64,000 bases of DNA from Bacteriovoracia bacterium (GTDB lineage: Bacteria > Bdellovibrionota > UBA1018 > CAIPTA01), in the NCBI GenBank assembly GCA_050246755.1, contig JBFWVL010000001.1, forward strand, positions 1,408,001 to 1,472,000. Reading direction: 5' to 3'. Numbering within the stretch: the first letter of the stretch is position 1; the number at the start of each line of letters is the position of its first letter. Position numbers and translations under genes: made by a program. The notes beneath the pieces are model-generated. The model made no database searches. It was not told the DNA's origin and saw nothing but the letters and a program-made list of their open reading frames with translations. Positions 8,766 through 16,323 of this stretch are shown here, one piece after another.

Positions 8766-10350
8766 AATCTTTAGCCTCCAAGCGATCGAGCATGGGGTTG
8801 ATATACCCATCTTCACGGTTGAAAACCCCTTTATAGCCCTTGCCGCCATCGATCTTACGGCTTACTTCGGCGAAGCACTTTTGCTCGATCGCCTTGAAGA
8901 TCCCGATTTTATCGATGTGGCGCAAGAGTTTCACGGAATCGTCGAGAACTTTCTGGGCCCACTTCTCGATCTTCCCGCCCTTTTTGTAAATGATCTCTTC
9001 GCCGAGGTGCTCGGCGCCGCCGAAAATATAGTTGCAGCTCTTGAGCGCCATGAAACGATCTCCGAGCAAGGGCGTATGGATAGCTTCGGTGGGCATGCCA
9101 AGCAGGTGGATTCCCTGATTCGTCATCACGCTCACGAGATTGAACATCGCGTCGTACACGTGGCTGAAATGAATATCGCCCTCCATGTGGCGGGTGGGGG
9201 GCATATACTTCAGGGGGGCCTTGGGGAAAATATCGCGGGTCATTTGCGCGCGCGCCACCTCGAGGAGAATCACGTCGGGATGAAATGGATTCATCTCCAT
9301 CGCGTGGCCGAGGCCCATATACTCGGGCTTCATATTGGCCGATAGCGCAAAGCGCTCGTTGATGAACTGGGAGGCAAGAACCTGGTGGCCGTTTTCCACG
9401 GCGTCGGCGGTGGTGAGGTAGTTGTCTTCGCCGGTATTGATGAAAATTTCCGATAGCGCGCATACCAGCCGCGAAAAATGCTGGTCGATCAGAGTGCGCT
9501 TCATGTTGATGTCGCGAAAAAGAATCCCATAGAGTGAATCGCACAATAAAAAATCTAGGCGTTCCTGCGCGGCGATCGAAGCGATTTCCGGCATGCAGAG
9601 GCCCGAAGAATAGTTCGTGAGGCGGATATAACGGCCGAGCTTCAGGCCCTCTTCATCGAGCGCCTTGCGCATGATGCGAAAGTTTTCCTGCGTGGCGTAG
9701 GTGCCGCCAAAGCCTTCCGTGGTTGCGCCATGAGGAACGTAGTCGAGCAAAGATTGCGCGGTGGAGCGGATCACGGCAATTACATCGGCCCCGGCCTGCG
9801 CGGCGGAGCGCGCTTGCACCACATCTTCGAAAATATTGCCCGAAGCTACGATCACGTACTTGAGCGGCGGCTTCCTGAAAGAAACATCATGCGGATCGAT
9901 CAGCTTGCTTTTGAGGCGGTTCCGCTCTTTACGCTTGTCGACCAGCGCCTTGAGCGCCACTTTGGCGAGCGCGTCGGCTTTTTTGAAGATGTCTTTTTCT
10001 TTCGCTACCGGGATTTTGGATAACCGGAATGCACCGTTGGCGCGAATGAGGGTGTCTACCACCTGGGCGGGCGTGGCATTTTGCTGAACGCAGGCATTGG
10101 CCATCCAGAAGGATGCCCCCCGCCCAATGGCGCCGTCTTCTTGCAGCTGATCCACGATCACGTTCGCGATCGGATAATGTTGTTTGATCTGGGGATTGAA
10201 GTAGGCACCGCTTACGCCGAGCAGCCGCAATACGGAACGCTCTGTGGCCACGGTAGAATGCGCGTCGATCACTTCCCGAACGTCTTTGGAAATTTTTACC
10301 GCGATTCGGCGGCAGTCAGCAATTTTTTTTCGGTCAAGGGCGAGCTTCAT
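8758..10350 (-). CDS. kamD: Lysine 5,6-aminomutase alpha subunit
   Basis: VIRSTAQSLLDYVP, GFGGTYATQENFR, NYSSGLCMPEI, KYMPPT. Confidence 0.96.
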   Translation of the reverse strand: MKLALDRKKIADCRRIAVKISKDVREVIDAHSTVATERSVLRLLGVSGAYFNPQIKQHYPIANVIVDQLQEDGAIGRGASFWMANACVQQNATPAQVVDTLIRANGAFRLSKIPVAKEKDIFKKADALAKVALKALVDKRKERNRLKSKLIDPHDVSFRKPPLKYVIVASGNIFEDVVQARSAAQAGADVIAVIRSTAQSLLDYVPHGATTEGFGGTYATQENFRIMRKALDEEGLKLGRYIRLTNYSSGLCMPEIASIAAQERLDFLLCDSLYGILFRDINMKRTLIDQHFSRLVCALSEIFINTGEDNYLTTADAVENGHQVLASQFINERFALSANMKPEYMGLGHAMEMNPFHPDVILLEVARAQMTRDIFPKAPLKYMPPTRHMEGDIHFSHVYDAMFNLVSVMTNQGIHLLGMPTEAIHTPLLGDRFMALKSCNYIFGGAEHLGEEIIYKKGGKIEKWAQKVLDDSVKLLRHIDKIGIFKAIEQKCFAEVSRKIDGGKGYKGVFNREDGYINPMLDRLEAKDYG

Positions 10351-11395
10351 AGAGGGATTGTAAGATTGTACGCAGCTCGCCGCTCTCCCGCAAGATGTCG
10401 AGCGTCAGGGCGGCATGTCCCTCGGTATACCCATTTCCGATCACTAACGTTACGTCGGCCCCCACGCCTTCGGCGCCAAGGGCCGCGGCGGAGAAGCTCG
10501 TGGCCATACTGAACAGGTACACGGTGCCTTTATGGCGGGTGGAAAGAATGCTGGCCATTTCGGTGCCGGCCACGTTGGCCACGTTGATCACCAGATCGGC
10601 GCCTTGGCCGCCAAAAGCCGCGCGAATTTTCACTGAAGCCTCTACGGCGTCCCGCGCGTTGCCCTCGATCACTTCGTCCACGAAGGAAAGCTGGCGCAGA
10701 CGCTCTGCGGCCACGGGAGAGTACTCGAAGGCCACTACTTTGCCGGATTTACCGGCCTGCTTTTTTGCTTCGTATAGGCAGAATAAGCCGCTTTTTCCGC
10801 CGCCGCCGATCACGGCCACGTTCATGCCGGGTTTCACGAGCTGCGCGGTTTGGGCGGGGGCGCCTGCCACGTCGAGCGCCGCGAGGGCTAGTCCTTCGTT
10901 GATATCGGCCGGAATCTTGGCGGCGATTCCGCTATTGAACAAAATGGCGTGTCCCTCCACTTCCACTCGTTCGATCTCGGGCAGAACTTTTTTAATGCGC
11001 GTGATTTTGAGGGGGGTGAGGGTAAGGGAAACGAGCGTGGCGATTCGGTCTCCCGCTTTAAAATTTTTGAAGTCGGGATTGGTGATATTGGCGCCCACTT
11101 GCTTTACGGTGCCGATCAGCATCCCTCCCGATCCCGTTACAGGATTTTGCAGCTTGCCGCGATTGCGGATCACTTCGAGAATAGCGGCGCCGGTGCGTTC
11201 GGCGTCTTTGTCGTTGGCGCCGTAGAATTGGTGAAAACTGGCGGAATCCACATTGAGGGAAGAAACCTCGATCAAGATCTCTTCCGCGCTGGCCGGGAGC
11301 TCGGCATCGAGGCGCTGGGCCTGTTGCGGAAGAACGCCCTTGGGTTCGAGCACGCGATGGATTCCTAAGTGAAGCTTAGGATCAAGCGCGGGCAC
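10334..11395 (-). CDS. kdd: L-erythro-3,5-diaminohexanoate dehydrogenase
   Basis: GIHRVLEPKGVLPQ, GKLQNPVTGSGGM, ATLVSLTLTPL, LDVAGAPAQ, AALGAEGVG; GTG at 11395 follows AGGAGG. Confidence 0.94.
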   Translation of the reverse strand: MPALDPKLHLGIHRVLEPKGVLPQQAQRLDAELPASAEEILIEVSSLNVDSASFHQFYGANDKDAERTGAAILEVIRNRGKLQNPVTGSGGMLIGTVKQVGANITNPDFKNFKAGDRIATLVSLTLTPLKITRIKKVLPEIERVEVEGHAILFNSGIAAKIPADINEGLALAALDVAGAPAQTAQLVKPGMNVAVIGGGGKSGLFCLYEAKKQAGKSGKVVAFEYSPVAAERLRQLSFVDEVIEGNARDAVEASVKIRAAFGGQGADLVINVANVAGTEMASILSTRHKGTVYLFSMATSFSAAALGAEGVGADVTLVIGNGYTEGHAALTLDILRESGELRTILQSLYEARP

Positions 11396-12434
11396 GCTCC
11401 GCCTCCTGCACCCGCTCTTCGGCCATGCGGTTTGCCACGGTATTGGTAGGCAGTTTTTCTTGCTGCGAGCGCGCGATAATGTTTTTGATCGTGTCGTAGA
11501 TTTTGGCCACGTGAGCGTAGGCACGGTCGCGGTTATAGCCTTCGCGCTCGTGGTAAATATTGATCAGGCCGCCCGCATTAATGGCGTAGTCGGGGGCGTA
11601 GATAATTCCCTTTTTCAAAAGCTCTTCCCCGTCTTTTTCGGTGGCCAACTGATTGTTCGCGGCCCCCGCCACCACTTTGCATTTCAGGCGCGGCATGGTT
11701 TGGTTATTGATGATCGCTCCGAGGGCGCCGGGGCTGAAAATATCGCAAGCCACGTCGTAGACGGCCTCCGGGTTCACCACTTCGATATTGAATTCCTTGC
11801 GCGCGCGTTCCACGCTCTCGGGATTGATATCGCAGCCGGTAACTTTGGCGCCTTCCTGGTGGAGGTATTTTAAGAGGTAGTAATTTACGGCCCCTAGGCC
11901 CTGCAGGGTAATGTGCAGGCCCTTGAGGGATTTTTCCCCGAAGGCTTTTTCTGCGCAGGCGAGCATGCCGTTATATACACCCCACGCCGTTACGGGGGAT
12001 GGGTCTCCGCTGGAATTAGTTTCGCCGGCGATGCCGAGAATATGGGAAGTCTTGCTCTTGATCGTTTTCAGGTCACTAGAATCGATCCCGACGTCTTTGG
12101 CGGTGATGTAGTTACCTTTGAGGGTTTCCACGAAATCGCCAAAACGCCGCAGGAGCTCGGGAGTTTTTTGCGAAACGTCACCGATGATGATGCTTTTCCC
12201 GCCCCCCAGGGGAAGGTTTGAAATCGAGGCTTTGTACGTCATGCCCTTGGAGAGGCGCAAAACATCGGTGATGGCTTCGTCTTCATTGCGGTAATTCCAC
12301 ATACGGCAGCCACCAGTGGCCGGGCCTAAAGCAGTATTGTGGAGGGCGATAATGGCCTTTAGGCCCACTTTAGAGTCGTTGCAGAACACGATTTGTTCGT
12401 AATTATCTGCCTTAATTTTCTCAAAAACGCTCAT
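11382..12434 (-). CDS. Glu/Leu/Phe/Val dehydrogenase (leucine dehydrogenase-like)
   Basis: GPATGGCR, GMTYK, GGGKS, GDPSPVTAWGV, GAANNQL, PDYAINAGG. Confidence 0.93.
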   Translation of the reverse strand: MSVFEKIKADNYEQIVFCNDSKVGLKAIIALHNTALGPATGGCRMWNYRNEDEAITDVLRLSKGMTYKASISNLPLGGGKSIIIGDVSQKTPELLRRFGDFVETLKGNYITAKDVGIDSSDLKTIKSKTSHILGIAGETNSSGDPSPVTAWGVYNGMLACAEKAFGEKSLKGLHITLQGLGAVNYYLLKYLHQEGAKVTGCDINPESVERARKEFNIEVVNPEAVYDVACDIFSPGALGAIINNQTMPRLKCKVVAGAANNQLATEKDGEELLKKGIIYAPDYAINAGGLINIYHEREGYNRDRAYAHVAKIYDTIKNIIARSQQEKLPTNTVANRMAEERVQEAERARA

Positions 12435-12592
12435 CGGGTTGTCTCCACTCTTTCTTCGAATTAGGGCAATTTCCGCTGTCTTACTACGAGGTTAGGAAAG
12501 GTGTACCCCGTTTTTCCTCCCTGTACAAATTTTCGTCAGGCGAGCTAAGTGACTATACTTATTGAGTAATGTGGGATTTTGCCAGTTTAGGG

Positions 12593-12630
12593 TGCCTGAA
12601 TTTTGCACACCGCTGTACAGAATGGTGACA
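12593..12630. promoter_or_regulatory. Two candidate enhancer-binding-protein sites (TG-N13-CA), 21 bp apart; a third at 12522-12538
   Basis: TGCCTGAATTTTGCACA and TGTACAGAATGGTGACA, plus TGTACAAATTTTCGTCA; 90-200 bp upstream of a sigma54 promoter. Confidence 0.5.
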
Positions 12631-12718
12631 GGGGGAAAGGTAAAAGGGCAGAGGGGCAGAAGGGCAAAAATGGCGTAAATAACTAGAATCTTAGGCCAAA
12701 ATACAATATCCGATCATT

Positions 12719-12734
12719 TGGCACTGGCATTGCA
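12719..12734 (+). promoter_or_regulatory. Sigma54 (-24/-12) promoter
   Basis: TGGCAC-tggca-TTGCA, exact consensus, in an intergenic region. Confidence 0.85.
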
Positions 12735-12827
12735 CGCACTACCACAAGGCGATGTGTCTGGAGACCCAAGTGCCCCTTGCGGATAGTTTTTCGCAACGAC
12801 CAACGAACGAGAAGAGTGGAGATAGCT

Positions 12828-14474
12828 ATGATGTATAGCAAACAAGAGAAGCAAGCGTTTCAGCTGATCGCAGCCGCAGTCCTCTTAGGAATTTTTTCTT
12901 TAAATCCGATGGCGCGAGCCGCCGACGATGCTGCCGATGCAGTACGGGTAGAGAAAGCACAAGAGCCTCGCGAAGTGGCGTACGAGCCAGAAGAGCGTGA
13001 CGGAATCAGCCTCAAAGAATTCAACAGAATGCTTCGCGAGCCCCTCCAGGTGAGGCCGAACGAAACGAATACGGACGTAGACTTCCTCGGTGATATTCCT
13101 GCCCGCTGCGTGTACGACAAGCAAGGCGAGATGACCGCCAGCATCGACTACGATACCGATGCCAGCACCAAAGACCGTCACGTGTTTCGCGTGCACGTTC
13201 CTCTTTGCGAAAATATCCCTAACTTTAAGCGTAAGCCCGGCGAAAAAATGGTGAAAGTATCCACTATTCCCGGCGCACGTAAGCTTAAAGACGTGAAGGG
13301 CAAAGTAGTGCTCGCCAGCGGATTTAAAGATTCCGACTCCAAGCCTACGATTGAAGAATTGAAGCACGAAGGCAAAGCGATCGAAATCGCTTCCGACGAT
13401 TTCCAGCGCATGGCCGAGCAAGCTGCAATGAGCGAAGCTGCCCAGAAGCAATTGGCTGCCCGCGAAGAATCCGACCGTAAGGCCGCCATCGCGCAAGAGA
13501 AGGCAGATAATATTCGCCTGCAAAAACAAGCCGAGCTCCAGTGCAAAGAAGGCGACTTCGTTGCTCTCGATAAGACTTTCGATGCTATTCCTGAATTGAA
13601 AGAACACGTTGGCAGCTGGGGACAAAAGAAGCTTCTCGCGGCCATCGACAATGCCGAAACCGCCGACGAAGCCCGCGATGCTTTCGAAGCCTATAATAAC
13701 GCCGCTGACTCTCTTGGCTGGGAACGTGCCGATATGCGCAAAGCCTCCGAGAAATACTCCGAGAAGCGTATGTCGCTCATCAACGCCGCGATTTCCGACC
13801 TGCAAGGCGGAGGCGAAGGCAGCTTGAAGGACGCCGAGAAAATGGTGGACGAATGGGCCGCTGAATTCAAAGGCTTCGATAGCAAAGCTAAGAAAAAAGG
13901 CAAAGATGACCTAGCGGTTGCTTACGGAAACCTCGGCGCCATCGCGCAGAATGGTTCCAAGAAGAACGCGAAAGCTATCGCCCAAACGGTTGCTTCTACC
14001 GAGAAGCTCTACAAAAAGGCGAAGAAGTACGCCAACGCTTCCGATAAGAACAATATCGAAGGCGCCCTCGCTAAGCTGAACGGCCAAGCCTTCACGGCCT
14101 GCGTGAAAGCCGATCCCGCTCACATGGCAGCGTGCGAAAGCAAATACCGCGAGAAAACCAAGACCCATAGCGAGAACTACGCTACTGGCCTAGCTCAAAA
14201 AGCGAAGAACGGCGACGAAGAAGCCGCGGCCGAAGTTCAAGCCTTCGCCCAAGATTTCCTCAAGGCCGAAGGTTACGGACAATCGATGAACTACGCTGGT
14301 TTCGGAACCTTGCACCAAATGCCTGGTTTCTTCGAGCAGACCAAGATGCAGTCGCTGCAGGAAATGCAGATGCGCGCCTACCAACAGCAAATGAGCCAAA
14401 TGTACGGCGGCATGGGAATGGGAATGGGTATGGGCGCCGGAATGCAGCAGCGCACCTCGTTCTTCGGCTTCTAA
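12828..14474 (+). CDS. Hypothetical secreted helical protein with Gln/Met/Gly-rich C-terminus
   Basis: Signal peptide ending ARA, long Ala/Lys/Glu-rich ORF, GGAG upstream, followed by a terminator. Confidence 0.85.
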   Translation: MMYSKQEKQAFQLIAAAVLLGIFSLNPMARAADDAADAVRVEKAQEPREVAYEPEERDGISLKEFNRMLREPLQVRPNETNTDVDFLGDIPARCVYDKQGEMTASIDYDTDASTKDRHVFRVHVPLCENIPNFKRKPGEKMVKVSTIPGARKLKDVKGKVVLASGFKDSDSKPTIEELKHEGKAIEIASDDFQRMAEQAAMSEAAQKQLAAREESDRKAAIAQEKADNIRLQKQAELQCKEGDFVALDKTFDAIPELKEHVGSWGQKKLLAAIDNAETADEARDAFEAYNNAADSLGWERADMRKASEKYSEKRMSLINAAISDLQGGGEGSLKDAEKMVDEWAAEFKGFDSKAKKKGKDDLAVAYGNLGAIAQNGSKKNAKAIAQTVASTEKLYKKAKKYANASDKNNIEGALAKLNGQAFTACVKADPAHMAACESKYREKTKTHSENYATGLAQKAKNGDEEAAAEVQAFAQDFLKAEGYGQSMNYAGFGTLHQMPGFFEQTKMQSLQEMQMRAYQQQMSQMYGGMGMGMGMGAGMQQRTSFFGF

Positions 14475-14485
14475 GAAGAACGCCT

Positions 14486-14530
14486 AGAAATAAAAAAACC
14501 GGCGCCGAAAGGGCCGGTTTTTTTATTTCT
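14486..14530. terminator. Bidirectional intrinsic terminator
   Basis: AGAAATAAAAAAACCGGC...GCCGGTTTTTTTATTTCT inverted repeat between convergent genes. Confidence 0.92.
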
Positions 14531-14542
14531 GAAATCCGGAAA

Positions 14543-16120
14543 CTAGAAAACGGTGGTAGCCGTAAACGAGAGGGCGGTCACGGTATTCGCGGGATTTTGC
14601 TTCGAAGCGCTATTCACGTACTTGAAGTAATCGCCGGGGAAAAGCATACCGAGGTCGGCGCCAAAAGAGATATTGTCGTCCCAGTTATAGCGAGTGCCGA
14701 TATCGGCCTCGATACCCAGATTATCACTCTGGTCCGCCACGGAGGTGAAATAGGTGCGGGTGCGGTGGTTATATACGTCTTTGCCGGCCTTGGCGGTTTG
14801 ATTGGCTTTTGCCCAAACTAAGCCGAAGTTCAATCCCCACTGTTCCCAGCGTTTTTCGGAAGAAAGCATCACGTATTTCGCATTGGTGATGGCGGCGTCG
14901 TAGGGTGAAACCGTGGCGGGATTCACCGCGCCCACGCCCGGAGCTGCCGCGGTGCCAGCGGTATTTACGGGAATCGGATCCGGATTCACGGCGCCGAAAT
15001 TGCCGAGATTATAATTGAATAAAATCTGCCCAAGCTTGTAGGCCCGGTGGAACTGCATGGCTCCGAAGGCGCGTCCGCGGTTGGCGGCGCCCGAGGTAGT
15101 GGGGGACTGGCCGGGAGCGGAGCCGAATTTTAAGCTGTGCTTCCAGGTATCGTATTTGAGCGCGGTTTCCACGGCGATGGAAGTGGCTTTATAGGTATTG
15201 CGCTCACCTACTCCGTTCACGTCGCCGATCTCGCCGCTGTAGATTGGCAGTTCGGCTCCGAGCTCCACCCGGCGCCAAGATTTTTTAGCGTAGAGGTTGA
15301 GGAGCTTCAGGTTCATTCCGTTAGAGCCGCCAAGGTAGGTGGCTTGACCCCCTGGATAATAGTAGCTGTTCTGCGCGTCGTTTGCGTTGCGTTTATAGTA
15401 GAGCGCGCCGCCCTCGAGGTCTTCCTCGGGGTTTTCGTACTTCAATCCCAAGCCGTAATCGGTCACGTCGTCGGACCCCTGAAGGATCGCGTCGCTGAAG
15501 GGATTGCGGGCCCCAGCCAGGTTGCGGCCCATGGAATTTTTTGCGTAGATCGGCATCAGGCTCAGATAGCCGAATTTCGAAACGAGACGAATCGTGTCCG
15601 AAGTGCTCTGGTAGCGATCGAAAGGGCGATCGCCCGAATTGAAGATCACGCCCAAGCCCCAGTGAAAGGGAGCGCGTCCTACTTGGATGGTACCGAAATC
15701 GGTTTGAACGTCGAGCCATAGGCGGGCCACATTGAGGGTCATGCCGTCTTTCTGCGTGCTGAAAGGATTATTGCGGTCTTCCTGGGGAACTCCACGGCCG
15801 AAAAAACCGTATACGGGATCGCCCACGTTCCATTCGGAGAGAACGATCACGTTGTCGTTCACGAGCGCGCGCGGCTTGAGCTTCATGAACACGCCCGAGT
15901 AGGTGGTGCTCTTTTTCCCTTGGCCGGGAATATATTCGCCGCCGAGGCCGGCGTTGGAATAACCAGGAGAGGTTTTATCCATTTGGTAGTTATGAATGAA
16001 GGTATGATCGGCGCGGAAGTAGCCGGCCCAGTCCAGCGTGAGCGCGGAAGCATTATGCGGGCTGAGTAAAAATGCAAAAGTGATGCCTAGAATGAATTTG
16101 TTTACGAAGCGCTTATTCAT
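14543..16120 (-). CDS. Outer-membrane beta-barrel protein (putative porin)
   Basis: Signal peptide (ASA), GYFR and GRAPFHWGLG, alternating amphipathic strands, terminal Phe; GGAG upstream of ATG 16120. Confidence 0.8.
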   Translation of the reverse strand: MNKRFVNKFILGITFAFLLSPHNASALTLDWAGYFRADHTFIHNYQMDKTSPGYSNAGLGGEYIPGQGKKSTTYSGVFMKLKPRALVNDNVIVLSEWNVGDPVYGFFGRGVPQEDRNNPFSTQKDGMTLNVARLWLDVQTDFGTIQVGRAPFHWGLGVIFNSGDRPFDRYQSTSDTIRLVSKFGYLSLMPIYAKNSMGRNLAGARNPFSDAILQGSDDVTDYGLGLKYENPEEDLEGGALYYKRNANDAQNSYYYPGGQATYLGGSNGMNLKLLNLYAKKSWRRVELGAELPIYSGEIGDVNGVGERNTYKATSIAVETALKYDTWKHSLKFGSAPGQSPTTSGAANRGRAFGAMQFHRAYKLGQILFNYNLGNFGAVNPDPIPVNTAGTAAAPGVGAVNPATVSPYDAAITNAKYVMLSSEKRWEQWGLNFGLVWAKANQTAKAGKDVYNHRTRTYFTSVADQSDNLGIEADIGTRYNWDDNISFGADLGMLFPGDYFKYVNSASKQNPANTVTALSFTATTVF

Positions 16121-16323
16121 GATTCTCCTCTGGGCGGGCATTTTGTGTGCACCGCAAAAACCGCTGCTTTTATTGCATCCATATAAGTCTGTGATTTGGG
16201 TTCAAGTCAAGGTAAAACCCTAGAGTTACGCGCTCCGCGTTGGAGGAATGGCCGCAGCGCGACGAACTTTATTTCGTCGAAAAGGTTTTCGATCTTCCTG
16301 GCGCGTAACGAAGGAGTGCTCAC

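Noticed and set aside
12643-12673. Short AGGGCAGA-like direct repeats
   Set aside because: Only about three degenerate 8-9 nt units with no spacers; not CRISPR and not clearly functional.
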